Assembly: GCA_951406725.2 (NCBI GenBank)
Contig: OX597825.1
Location: 71,982,001 to 72,046,000, forward strand
Length of the DNA: 64,000 nt
Direction of reading: 5' to 3'
Origin: Octopus vulgaris
Taxonomy: Eukaryota
The position numbers and the translations under genes are program-made. Under the pieces are notes generated by a model, which saw nothing but the letters and a program-made list of their open reading frames with translations, was not told the origin of the DNA and did not search any database. Below, in pieces: positions 26,571-40,838 of this stretch. Positions within the stretch are counted from its first letter, which is position 1. Each line of letters starts with the position of its first letter.

Positions 26571-26742
26571 AATATATACGACGGGCTTCTTGCAGTTTTC
26601 ATCTACCAAATCCACTCACAAGGCTTTGGTCGGCCCGAGGCTATAGTAGAAGACACTTGCCCAAGGTGCCACGCAGTGGGATTGAACCCGGAACCATGTG
26701 GTTGGTAAACAAGCTACTTACCACACAGCAACTCCTGCGCCT
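26292..26742 (-). mobile_element. SINE family A, full length, inserted in the R4-like element
   Basis: Homology; flanking catgcat direct repeat. Confidence 0.88.
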
Positions 26743-27036
26743 AACATGCATGGGTATGTTTCTCGAAGTTTGAGGAACACAGGAATATTGACATGAAGCG
26801 CAGCTTGTCTTGGACACCTGACCACTATATCACAGCACCCTTCGAAGGCTCTGCATCTGTAGTCCAAGAACTGGATATTGCTACGAAATTTCTAATCAAC
26901 AAAAAGAGACAACAAAGACCTTGGAACTCCAAAATCCAACCGAAAATGTAGATTATGTCATATTTCTGAGTAAGATATCACACATGGGATTAACAGCTAC
27001 CTCCTTATGCAGCATGACATTGTCAGAAACACACTA

Positions 27037-27582
27037 TACTGTATATTAACAGTTATCGCCAAGCTAATATGGCAGTCCGTAAATATAGGACGGAAGCTGC
27101 CGTTGATTAGCTCCAAGAGGCCATCGCCTCTAGCTAGCTATATGATACACGAACCTGTGTCCCTTATAACCTTCGAATAGGGGCGGTCAGCCACTCCCTC
27201 TTGCTGGTCAGGCATCTGCAGACATGTTTCAGGTTTCAGGGTATTTGCCTTTTATCAATGCAGAGTAGCCAAACCCAGCGGGCGTGGATCTATTCCACTG
27301 AAATTAGGTAAATAATCCTTCGAACAGACGGTCAGCAGCGACGCCTGCTGGGTTTGGCTACTCTGCATTGATAAAGGGCAAATACTCTGAAACATGTCTG
27401 CAGATGCCTGGCCAGCAAGGGGAAGCGGCTGACCTCCCTTGTTCGAAGGTTATAATGGACACAGGTTCGTGTGTCATATAGCTAGCTAGAGGCGATGGCC
27501 TCTTGGAGTTAATCAACGGCAGCTTTCGTTCTATATTTATGGACTGTTATATTAACTTGGCGATAACTGTTAATATCCAGTA
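27037..27582. mobile_element. Long fold-back element (about 245-bp arms, 55-bp loop) carrying hammerheads in both arms
   Basis: Arms 27037-27285 and 27341-27582 aligned by hand: 20 substitutions plus one 7-bp duplication. Confidence 0.92.
27362..27404 (+). ncRNA. Minimal type-I hammerhead with compensated U3-A8 core
   Basis: tctgca-TTGATAA-aggg caaata ctct-GAAAC AT GTC-tgcaga; the mirror copy on the minus strand at 27215-27264 has a 7-nt duplication. Confidence 0.68.
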
Positions 27583-28336
27583 CCGCTGCCGTAGTCACCT
27601 TTAGAGAGACTTAGAAATAATAATATTTCTACAGGAGAAAAAGACCGTCCTGGAATAGATATAGAGAAATCCCCTGTTATTGAATACATACACAAACATC
27701 AACTCTAGATATACTGATGGAACATACTCATCAAAGCATCTGTCAAGGTCGGATATTGTTGTTTGGGACAGAAAAGTAAAAAGTATGTACCTTTATAAAG
27801 GTCGGCTGACCTTTGAAGATCAAAGAAAAAATAGGTAATTACGGACAACTGATTCGAAACCTCCAGTTTCTATATCCAGATTATAAATTTATATTTATGC
27901 AAATAGTAATTGGTGCACATAATTTTGTGAGTAAATGCCTTAGATTATAATCTGGGTAAGCTAGGTTTCAGTATAAGAAATCAAGCAACTACCTTGCAAA
28001 TTGTACAAATCATCTTTAAGTTTCAGCACACGTTCTCAGATCAAATCACTTGCTATGCAAGTACATCTCCATCTTAAGTGGAAGAGCAAAATAGACAAAA
28101 CTCTTCCCAGGTGTAAAATGTGAGATTCCATCTTTTTTAGAAACCAGCTCCTTCCTCAGAGGAAGAATATAAATAATTAAAACAGAAGTAAACATACATA
28201 TATACATATATACGTACGTACGTATGTACATACATACATACATACATACATGCATACGTACGCACGTACATACATACATATATACATACGTACGTACATA
28301 CATACATACATACATACATACATGCATACATACATA

Positions 28337-28499
28337 CCGTAAATCCTCGAGTATAGTCCGCCCTTGAGTATAATACGCAGGGGATTTTTAGGGGGCTGTA
28401 CCTCTGAAAAACCCAAACCTCGTGTATAATACGCACCCCTTCTCTAACTTGAATCAAGGAGGCCTATATAACGTCCTTGGTTTGTAAAAATGTATACGG
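28337..28499. mobile_element. pogo/Tigger-like MITE remnant
   Basis: TA|ccgtaaatcctcgagtatagtccgc ... tacgg|TA with internal gtataatacgca repeats. Confidence 0.55.
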
Positions 28500-28614
28500 T
28501 AACATCCTTTATTATTGTTGTATATATAACATAATGCAAACATGTAGCTCTTTTGTGCATTTTGTTTGCAGAAAATAAAGAAATAACAGTAATAACGTTT
28601 AATAAATGTTGCTT

Positions 28615-28641
28615 ACTGCATACATACATACATACATACAT

Positions 28642-28680
<39 letters not shown>

Positions 28681-29032
28681 TGCATACACACATACACACA
28701 TACACACATACATACATACTTACAAACATACATACATACATACACACATACATACATACATACATACATACATGCATGCATACATACATACATAAAAACA
28801 TAAATACATACATATATACAAGCATGCATACATGCATGCATACATACATATATACATACATGCATGCATACATAAATACATACATACATACATACATGTA
28901 TGTATGTAAGAGACAGACCGGTAGGAAATTGGTTAACTAGCTTCTAAGATAGAGGGATGGATATAGGGATGAATGGATGAATAGGTAGATAGATAGAAAG
29001 ATACAGACAGACAGAGACAGACAGACAGATAA

Positions 29033-29109
<77 letters not shown>

Positions 29110-29148
29110 CACAGACAGACACACAGACAGATAGATAGATAGAGAGAT

Positions 29149-29186
<38 letters not shown>

Positions 29187-29256
29187 GGACACACAGACAC
29201 ACAGACACACAGACATACAGACACACAAACAGACACACAGATAGATAGATAGACAG

Positions 29257-29302
<46 letters not shown>

Positions 29303-29316
29303 AAACAGACAGATAA

Positions 29317-29397
<81 letters not shown>

Positions 29398-29423
29398 CAG
29401 AGAGACAGAGTGAGAGAGAGAGT

Positions 29424-29455
<32 letters not shown>

Positions 29456-29526
29456 CACAGACACACAGACACACAGACAGACAGACACACAGACACACAG
29501 ACACACAGACACACAGACACACAGAC

Positions 29527-29589
<63 letters not shown>

Positions 29590-29948
29590 GAAATTAGTTT
29601 TAGGCGGATATAGAGGTATAAATGAAGATAAAAAAACGGAATGGTGGGGAGTAAGAGTGGTAGGGTGAGGAAAAAGAAAAAGAAAAACAAGGAAACGAAA
29701 AGAGAAAAGAAGGAGCCATGACAAAGACACAAGTTGAAAGTAAAAGACGGTGGGAGTATACAGAATTAAGCTTAATTTATTGACTGACGGAAAGGAAGAA
29801 AATGACCAATGAGATAAAGGGAGCGGCCGACAACGTTGAAAGTGGGCGGGGCATAGTTTACGTGACGCAGACATACTACGGATACTGAGTGGAATAGAGG
29901 CACTGTAATGATTTAGGGGAGACAGAAGGCTGAGAATGTTAAGACAAG

Positions 29949-30029
<81 letters not shown>

Positions 30030-30176
30030 ATTATATGTATCTGTCTATCTATCGACCGATCTCTCTATCTGTTTGGGCACAATTATGTATGTATCTATCT
30101 ATCTTTCATTCTCACACTATATGTATGTGTGCGTGTATGGTGTGTATGCACGCGTCTTCCTATCTATCTATCTATA

Positions 30177-30225
<49 letters not shown>
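28615..30225. repeat. (TACA)n/(GATA)n/(GACA)n/(TCTA)n tetranucleotide cluster
   Basis: Direct reading. Confidence 0.9.
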
Positions 30226-30235
30226 GATGATCTCT

Positions 30236-30470
30236 CTAACCGCTCAGTCGAAGTCGACTCTCGGTCACTCGTTGGATCAGTGTCCTCCAGTCAGTTCTAT
30301 CCTGGGCCGCTTCTTTCAGATTGGCTATGTCCATTCCGGTATCACCCTTGATGGTGTCAAGCCAGCGGGTTCTTGGTCGGCCTCTTCCTCTCTTGCCACT
30401 GACCATTCCGAGCATGATGTCCTTCTCCAGGGATTTTCTCCGCATAATATGACCGGAATATGCCAATCTA
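30236..30470 (-). mobile_element. RTE LINE 3' end
   Basis: [41 protein letters not shown] is a typical RTE C-terminus, followed by (GATA)n. Confidence 0.85.
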
Positions 30471-30802
30471 TGCTTGGTACAGATAGTAAAATAGATAGAT
30501 AGATAAATATATATATACTAAAGTCGATCTCATCGACTGGCCCCACTCCCCAAACATTTCGGGCCTTGTGCCTAGAGTAGAACAGAAAATATAATTGCAG
30601 AAATATTAAAAGGAAATAAGGTATACTTATCTCACTATATATCCTTATTTCATTTCACCGAAATAAGATTGAATGACGGGAAAAAAATTACTAACGGATA
30701 AATATGTGTGTGTGTGTGTGTGTGTGTCGATGGGAATATGCGAGTGTGTGTGTCTGATGTCTGTCTGTGTATGTATGTTGTATTTTGTGCATATATACTC
30801 AT

Positions 30803-31420
30803 TTACTCTTACTTCTTTCAGCCATTTGACTGTGGCCATGCTGGAGCAGCGCCTTTAGTCGAACAAATCGATCCCAGGACTTATTCTTTGTAAGCCTAGT
30901 ACTTATTCTATCGGTTTTTGGCCGAACCGCTAAGTTACGGGTTGTCAAGCGATGTTGGGGGGGGGCAAGCACAGACACACAAACATATACACACATACAT
31001 ATACTAAAATATATATACATATATACGATTGGCTTCTTTCAGTTTCCGCCTACCAAATCCACTCATAAGGCTTAGGTCGGCCCGAGGCTATAGTAGAACA
31101 CACAGGCCCAAGGTGTCACGCAGTAGGACTGAACCCGGAACTATGTGGTTTGTAAGCAAGCTACTTACCACACAGCCACGATGAATATTCTTTTATTCTT
31201 TTACTAGTTTCTGTCATTCGACTGCGGCCATGCTGGACCACCGCCTTTAGTCGAGCAAGTCGACACCAGGAACTTATTCTTTGTAAGCCTAGCATTTATT
31301 TTATCAATGTCTTTTGCCGAACCGCTAAGTTACGGTGACATAAACACACCATCATCGGTTGTCAAGCGATGGTGGGGAACAAACACAGACACAATTACAC
31401 ACACACACACAAACACACAT
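30803..31420 (-). mobile_element. Two adjacent SINE family A copies
   Basis: Homology (30803-31178 and 31188-31420). Confidence 0.82.
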
Positions 31421-31529
31421 ATGTATATATGTAGGTACAGGAGGACAGGAGGTGGTCAAACTCTACATAAGGAGTAGACAACCACCATATATATATATAA
31501 TATATATATATATACAAATATATATATAT

Positions 31530-32058
31530 ACGAGCAAAACGCCCCCCGTCTAATGGACGGTGCTGAGTTGTCAAACATTTAAACCAAATTTTTTCAAAAC
31601 AACTTGTCCGACCGTCCCATAGGCCTCCCCTTTGAGAAACACTGATTTTGTTAAAGGAAGTTAAGGCAAAAAAAAAACTTCTTGAGAAACCAAATAGTCT
31701 TTCCTTCCTTCATGCCAAGTTTGAAGAAAATAGCGCTTTTGCATCTTACTTTTTTGGTCTCTTAAATATTCTGCATTTTGTGGCATTATTTCAAGCCAGT
31801 CGGCTTTTTTTGCGCAAACTGCACGTGCATTTTTCTCGCGTACGCGTAGTATCGATCGCAACAGCTGATGTACTTGCGCGTACAAATGCACGTTCCCACA
31901 GCTTTATCGATCGCATTCTCACCTGGAATCGATTTTTGCAATTTTTTCAAGACTTATACACGCCCTGATACCGTCGGTATCTACATATCAAAGTTGGGCG
32001 CAACCGGATGGAGGATGCTCGAGATCCTAGAAGACACACACACAGACAGACAGAACGA

Positions 32059-32065
<7 letters not shown>
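31530..32065. mobile_element. Helitron/Helentron(HINE)-like non-autonomous element, copy 1
   Basis: Ends in ..gatcc..(ca)n cagacagacag..atttatatata, typical of DINE/HINE-like elements; deleted second copy at 32536-32970. Confidence 0.5.
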
Positions 32066-32130
<65 letters not shown>

Positions 32131-32133
<3 letters not shown>

Positions 32134-32331
32134 CGTGTGTACCGTTGGCGATGTTTTTCCTCTGTCTTCCCTTCTCTGGATCTTTCCTTCTCCTATGTTT
32201 CCGACGAAGAGCTCCGATCGAAACGTTAAACCCTCCTTCTTTCCTTCTTTCCTGAGCGTCCAATAATACTATATTTGTTCCACACGTCCTCGCGTTGTTG
32301 TGATTTTTGTGCTTTCATGTTTGGATTAACT
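32131..32331 (+). mobile_element. About 200-bp cassette with minimal HHR-like motif (32197-32231)
   Basis: gttt-CCGACGA-agagctccgatc-GAAAC GTT-aaac. Confidence 0.75.
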
Positions 32332-32965
32332 TATATATATATATATATGTCTATTTGCCGAACCGCTAAGTTACGGTGACATAAACACACCATCATCGGT
32401 TGTCAAGCGATGGTGGGGAACAAACACAGACTCAATTACACACACACACACAAACACACATATGTATATATGTAGGTACAGGAGGACAGGATATATATAT
32501 ATAATATATATATATATATACAAATATATATATATACGAGCAAAACGCTCCCCGTCTAATGGACGGTGCTGAGTTGTCAAACATTTATATATATATATAT
32601 ATAGAAACCAAATAGTCTTTCCTTCCTTCATATATATTACTTTTGCATCTTACTTTTTTGGTCTCTTAAATATTCTGCATTTTGTGGCATTATTTCAAAC
32701 CAGCCGGTTTTTTTTAACAAACTGCACGTGCATTTTTCTCGCGTACGCGTAGTATCGATCGCAACAGCTGATGTACTTGCGCGTACAAATGCACGTTCCC
32801 ACGGCTTTATCGATCGAATTCTCACATGGAATCGATTTTTGTAATTTTTTCAAGACTTATACACACCTTGATACCATCGGTATCTACATATCAAATTTGA
32901 GCGCAATCGGATGGAGGATGCCCGAGATCCTAGAAGACACACACACACACAGACAGACAGAACGA

Positions 32966-33037
<72 letters not shown>

Positions 33038-33039
<2 letters not shown>

Positions 33040-33225
33040 GCGTGTGTACCGTTGGCGATTTTTTTTTTCCTCTGGATCTTTCCTTCTCCTATGTTTCCGA
33101 CGAAGAGCTCCGATCGAAACGTTAAACCCTCCTTCTTTCCTTCTTTCCTGAGCGTCCAATAATACTATATTTGTTCCACACGTCCTCGCGTTGTTGTGAT
33201 TTTTGTGCTTTCATGTTTGGATTAA

Positions 33226-33228
<3 letters not shown>
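33038..33228 (+). mobile_element. About 190-bp cassette with minimal HHR-like motif (33093-33127)
   Basis: Tandem-duplicated copy of 32131-32331. Confidence 0.75.
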
Positions 33229-33302
<74 letters not shown>

Positions 33303-33399
33303 TGGTTGTCTACTCCTTATGCAGAGTTTGACCCCCCACCCCTGTACCTACACCTTAGAACCAGCATGGTATCTGATGTGGCTTATTAAACCAGACAAT

Positions 33400-34025
33400 G
33401 TTCTGAAAAGACACCCACATAGATTGCGTATCCGATTTGGACGACCAAGAGCTGTAGATAAGGTCTGATCTTTGTGGAAGCGCTTTCACTCCTCTCCACA
33501 CTTTTGTTCGCCATCCAGCTCGATTCAAATGGCAACAAAAGCACTAGTTGGCTTGGAATCACTCGTTTGGCGCCAGCAACATATTTATAACAATACAAAG
33601 TTGGCTTTTTACAAACCATTTGTCTTACCATCCCAGTTGTGTTCTTTTGAAACATGGACATGTTATGAAAGACATTTTATATTGTTAGAACAATTCCGTC
33701 AAAAATGCCTTCATGGCGTTTTAAACATTAAATGGGAGTTTGTTTTTTTTTACTCTAAACATAGATGTCCTTGCATCTGCAGGCATCACCTCAATTAAAG
33801 CTATGATTTTGAGAAACCAAATGAGATGGTGTGGCCATATTGTTCGAATGGCGGATGAAAGCACACCCAAACATCTGTTTGATGGTGAGCTTGCAGAGGG
33901 GAAACGCTATCGGCGATTACCTGAAACAAGGTTTGAGGACAGCATAAGGTCTACTATGAAGTCAATTAGTATGAATCCAGAGGACATAGAAACCCTTGCT
34001 TCAAATCGAGTTTGATGGCGAACAC
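33400..34025 (+). mobile_element. RTE LINE RT C-terminal fragment
   Basis: TKLAFYKPFVLPSQLCSFETWT; QMRWCGHIVRMADESTPKHLFDGEL. Confidence 0.85.
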
Positions 34026-34032
34026 TCACTCA

Positions 34033-34129
<97 letters not shown>

Positions 34130-34194
34130 ACACATATATGTGTGTATATATGTATCAAATGAAATAAAATAAAAAACAGGACACAAATGATGTC

Positions 34195-34282
34195 GCGGTA
34201 CACATGTTTCGAGCTTTATAAAACAACTTATTCTTACATCAATGTATAATCGACATAACAGTTTAAAGCCCTCTTCAGCCGC
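34195..34282 (-). ncRNA. Type-I hammerhead ribozyme, canonical core
   Basis: Minus strand: gcgg-CTGAAGA-gggcttta...taaagctc-GAAAC ATGT GTA-ccgc. Confidence 0.85.
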
Positions 34283-34327
34283 ATGCAAAAGACTTGTATC
34301 ACATTATGAAAGGTTTGAGAAAGGTTT

Positions 34328-34362
<35 letters not shown>

Positions 34363-34363
<1 letters not shown>

Positions 34364-34755
34364 CTTTTACTCTTTTACTCTTTTACTTGTTTCAGTCATT
34401 TGACTGCGGCCATGCTGGAGCACCGCCTTTAGTCGATCAAATCGACCCCGGAACTTAGTCTTTGTAAGCCCAGTACTTATTCTATCGGTCTCTTTTGCCG
34501 AACCGCTAAGTGGCGGGGACGTAGACACACCAGCATCGGTTGTCAAGCAATGCTAGGGGGACAAACACAGACACACATATATATATATACATATATACGA
34601 CAGGCTTCTTTCAGTTTCCGTCTACCAAATCCACTCACAAGGCATTGGTCGGCCCGGGGCTATAGCAGAAGACACTTGCCCAAGATGCCACGCAGTGGGA
34701 CTGAACCCGCAACCATGTGGTTGGTTAGCAAGCTACTTACCACACAGCCACTCCT
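34363..34755 (-). mobile_element. SINE family A
   Basis: Homology. Confidence 0.88.
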
Positions 34756-34790
34756 ATATATATATATAGATACAGATCAATAAATGGTGG

Positions 34791-34838
<48 letters not shown>

Positions 34839-35093
34839 AATGTGTGTGTTCGTGCGAGTTCCTGTGTGTGTATGTGTGTGAATGAGTGAACGTATTGATG
34901 TTCATGTGTGGGCATTAGTTGTTATATGAAACATGTATGTGACTGTTCTTTAACTCACCATCATAGGTTTGATAAACACATCACACACGCAGACAGACAC
35001 ACACACGCACATATATATATCATAGCTATATATACATGAACATATACATGTACTCATACATGCATATACGTACAGACCACACGAGTATGTAGC

Positions 35094-35152
<59 letters not shown>

Positions 35153-35200
35153 GGAGAGAGAGAGAGAGAGATGAATAGATATAGATATAGATAAACATGT

Positions 35201-35248
<48 letters not shown>

Positions 35249-35324
35249 ACATGGGAAGAGAGAGAAAGAGAAGGGGAAAAGTATATATATATATAAGCGC
35301 ACATACACATATGTATCTATGTAT

Positions 35325-35361
<37 letters not shown>

Positions 35362-35362
35362 A

Positions 35363-35468
<106 letters not shown>

Positions 35469-35944
35469 TTATGCAAGCACACACACACACGTACAACTAT
35501 TGAATACTAATTATTTGGAATCAGCAGAACTCCATTCCTGACAATTTAACAATAATTCACTTCCGGTTGAGACTTCCGTAAACTGTTGTCAGGCCTCCTC
35601 CTATAACAAAGGTTATTTTGTGTAAGGAATTTCACGTACACAATGTATGCGTCAACCATCTCAACCAATTGTTAAATGCTTTGTGTCTTTTAGTTCAACG
35701 TTCTTCAGTGGTTTTGAGTCGTTCGACTACGACCATAAAGAGATACCGTTTTCTATGATGAAAAGTACCGAGTACATCGACCCCAGAAATTTATTTCGTT
35801 GACCGGTTTCTATCCACCTCTCTCTCTCACTCTCTCTCTCTGTCTTGTCCTCTCTCTCTGTCTTGTCCTCTCTCTCGCTCTTCATTTCTCCTTCTCTCCA
35901 CATACACATGTATACCTGCGTACGCATGTATAAATACTCTCTCT

Positions 35945-36165
35945 CTTTACTCTTTTACTCGTTTCAGTCATTTGACTGCGGCCATGCTGGAGCACCGCCT
36001 TTAATCGAGCAACTCGACCCCGGGACTTATTCTTTTGTAAGCCCAGTACTTATTCTATCGGTTTCTTTTGCCGAACCGCTAAGTAACGGGGACATAAACA
36101 CACCAGCATCGGTTGTCAAGCGATGCTGGAGGGACAAACACAGACACACAAACACACACACACGC

Positions 36166-36196
<31 letters not shown>

Positions 36197-36286
36197 TACG
36201 ACGGGCTTCATTTCAGTTTCCGTCTACCAAATCCACTCACAGGCTATAGTAGAAGACAATTGCCCAAGGTGCCACGCAGTGGGATT
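35945..36286 (-). mobile_element. SINE family A (truncated)
   Basis: Homology. Confidence 0.85.
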
Positions 36287-36339
36287 GCAGTTATGTATGT
36301 ATGTATGTATGTATGTATGTATGTATGTATGTATGTATG

Positions 36340-36370
<31 letters not shown>

Positions 36371-37173
36371 GTAAGTAGGTAGGTCATGTATGTATGCAGG
36401 TAATGTTTGTAGGAATGTATGTCTGTCTGTATGTATGTATATATGTATATATGTGTGTATGTATGCATGTATGTATGTATGTATGTGTGTATGCATGTAT
36501 GCATGTAAGTATGTATGTATGTATGTATGTATGTATGTATGTATATATATGTATATATGTGTGTATGTATGCATGCATGTATGTATGGATGCATGTATGT
36601 ATGTATGTATGTATGTATGTATGTATGTATGTATGTATGTATGTATGCATGTATGCATGTATGTATGTATGTATGTATGTATGTGTGTATGTATGTATGT
36701 ATGTATGTATAAGTCTAAATAAATGATAAAGGGGCGGAAATTACGTAATTCACTTCATTAACTTACAGCTGTTTCTGCTATTAGATGCTCTGCACTCAAA
36801 GTTGCATGTAAAGTTTTTCCCAACTACAATTGCATTTCATTTCAGCATATCCTAGGAAGCCATATGGTGGTGCACAAGCACTCAGATCTGAATACACATA
36901 TGACAAACACATTTCAACTTACCTAATTCTGCTCATACCTAAACACTGCTTAGCGCTAACACTTCGTTATTTTCCCTCGGTCGGGCGATCTACTACTGGC
37001 GCAAATCAGTCAACGTGCTGACTGAATTACATATAAAGCTACGGCTAGTTCAGAATTGCCCCTTTTAGGTACACATCATCGAAAATAGCCAAGAAGCTTG
37101 AAACATCGATGTCTGAGATTCCTAATAGATGGTGACACTGAACGAAACGGGTGTTTTCACACTGAACGAACCG

Positions 37174-37672
<499 letters not shown>

Positions 37673-37885
37673 GTTTTCACAAAGGTCTATCATTGGAATG
37701 TAGATAACGAAAACAATGTCACATCTTAAACTCGAGAGAAGTCTTGTAAATTTTTACTGTCCCAGTCAAGATTGTATTTGTAATGCTCGAGTTTAGCTGG
37801 TTGAGTTCTTTATGCTTCAAAAAACCTATCCTATCCTGATCGTCACTTCGGCATTTACATACATGTATGTATGTATGTATGTATG

Positions 37886-37918
<33 letters not shown>

Positions 37919-38021
37919 GCCGAAGTGACGCAAATGAATGCAAAAACTAACAATCGATCGGGGAAATGAACGAAAGGACGTATTACCCCCGATAGAAAAT
38001 CAAGAAGAAAGAAAGAAGACA

Positions 38022-38052
<31 letters not shown>

Positions 38053-38078
38053 GCACTTACACATAAGAATGATTTTTT

Positions 38079-38483
38079 AGGTGCAGGAGTGGCTGTGTGG
38101 TAATTAGCTTGCTTACCAACCACATGGTTCCGGGTTCAGTCCCATTGCGTGGAACCTTGGGCAACTGTCTTCTACTATAGCCTCGGGCCGACCAAAGCCT
38201 TGTGAGTGGATTTGGTAGACGGAAACTGAAAGAAGCCCGTTGTATATATGTATATATATATATATATATATGTGCGTGTGTGTGTTTGTGTATCTGTGTT
38301 TATCCCCCTAGCATTGCTTGACAACCGATGCTGGTGTGTCTACGTCCCCGTAACTTAGCGGTTCGGCAAAAGAGACCGATAGAATAAGTACTAGGCTTAC
38401 AAAGAATAAGTCCTGGGGTCGATTTGCTCGACTAAAGGCAGTGCTCCAGCATGGCTGCAGTCAAATGACTGAAACAAGTAAAA
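38079..38483 (+). mobile_element. SINE family A, full length
   Basis: Homology. Confidence 0.9.
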
Positions 38484-38519
38484 GTGATGAAAGAGATGAC
38501 GAAAGAACATATGTTCGAC

Positions 38520-39310
<791 letters not shown>

Positions 39311-39800
39311 TGTGTGTAACATAATCGATGCGGTAGCGAGAAGAGTTTTGAAATTACAAATTAAATGAAGTTTCATTGTGTTCGGCACTTATTCAGTTTG
39401 AGGGCAAGTGAGTTCAGAAAACAGACGCAAATCACGTTAGCATGCTCTTAAACTTGGAAGAACACAGATTTGGGATATTCAATTGCAGAATTAATAGCTA
39501 AGTGAATAATTATGGTGTCCACTGTTAAGGCTTCTCTAGTCTCCCGGAGGCGCGAACCTGACGCTTTTTCGATATGATTCCTGGGTTATTTGGCCGAAGC
39601 CCTCGATGTGCATTACCGTGTGAATAACTGGCAAGAAGGTGCCGGGAGAGAGGCGAGGCGTCCGCCCTCCAGAAAAAGCCCCACACGTGTTTCTATTCTC
39701 TCTTTTCTAGTTTCTCTGTCTTCCTCCATTTTCCCCCCTCTCTCTCTGCACTCTACTTTCTCTCTCTCTCACTCCCTCTCTGCTCTCTACTCTCTCTCAC

Positions 39801-39869
<69 letters not shown>

Positions 39870-40004
39870 ATTCAGGTTTTCCTACAATGGAAAATCGACT
39901 TTTATGTTTAATTCTGTGAGAATGAAAGTCTATTATTTACTTCTATTCTGACGAACGAAGCGCACGAACAAATGTAAAACTACCTCCTCGGTTTCTTTAT
40001 CACC

Positions 40005-40214
40005 TCCTTCCTCTCCTTCTCCTTCTTCTTCTTCTTCTTCTTCTTCTTCTTCTTCTTCTTCTTCTTCTTCTTCTTCTTCTTCTTCTTCTTCTTCTTCTTC
40101 TTCTTCTTCTTCTTCTCCTTCTTCTTTTTCTTCTTCTTCTTCTTCTTCTTCTTCTTCTTCTTCTCCTCCTCCTCCTCCTCATCATCATCATCATCATTAT
40201 CATCATCATCATCA

Positions 40215-40300
<86 letters not shown>
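40005..40300. repeat. (CTT)n-(CAT)n-(ATT)n tract
   Basis: Direct reading. Confidence 0.9.
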
Positions 40301-40303
<3 letters not shown>

Positions 40304-40363
40304 CTTAAATTTCTGTTTTCAAGTTTGCTTAAAATGTCCCTCATTTTATTAATGGTGTTTAAT

Positions 40364-40400
<37 letters not shown>

Positions 40401-40838
40401 TGAGAGAGAGAGAGAGGAAAATGATCACACGATTTTAAAGAAAGGGTCCAATTATAAATAGAGCATGCCTATGTGGTATAGAAATTTGCACTGCAAAAAC
40501 GTGGTACCAGGTTCGATTCAACAAAACGCCATATTATTAGGAAGCGCCATTTCCTTTGAACTCGGGTTCACGAGTTTCTCGTGAGTGAAATTTGTTTGTC
40601 TTCACCTCCTGGTCCCTCAACTCTTGATGGAGTTGAAGTAATGAAGGAGTGACAAAGCGTGTTTTCGATATTTTTTAACCTAACGGAGAGCCGTCATTTT
40701 CGAGGTCTGGTCAGCACCCTTTTCTTTCAGAGAAATATGTGAGAGGGTGGGAAGAAGAAACGACTCTAGTGCTGGCCTTTAATTGTAGTCTCCGAAAGGA
40801 CGAAAAACAAAGGCACGAGAAGCAACAACTACTACATG

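Larger units (their letters stand above)
25575..28020 (+). mobile_element. Decayed R4/Dong-like non-LTR retrotransposon (RT C-terminus, CCHC knuckle, restriction-like endonuclease) with three nested insertions
   Basis: YKYLGIDEN..LRKIW..NKIISHNAFAV; SDIERLY..EEGR; ELDIATKFL; CRLC; (R)SDIVVWDRK; YPDYKFIF..IVIGA. Confidence 0.75.

Noticed and set aside
28933-29874. 313-aa ORF
   Set aside because: Translation of (TCTA)n/(TCTG)n repeats
36757-36865. GAAAC AGCT GTA on the minus strand with tgctg/tagca stem II
   Set aside because: Core too degenerate (cctagga); may be a dead HHR but was not counted
37694-37715. miR-1-like seed tggaatgta
   Set aside because: Rest of the mature sequence does not match and there is no precursor hairpin
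40786-40808. tccgaaaggacgaaa resembling HHR stem II
   Set aside because: No CUGANGA core or cleavage triplet
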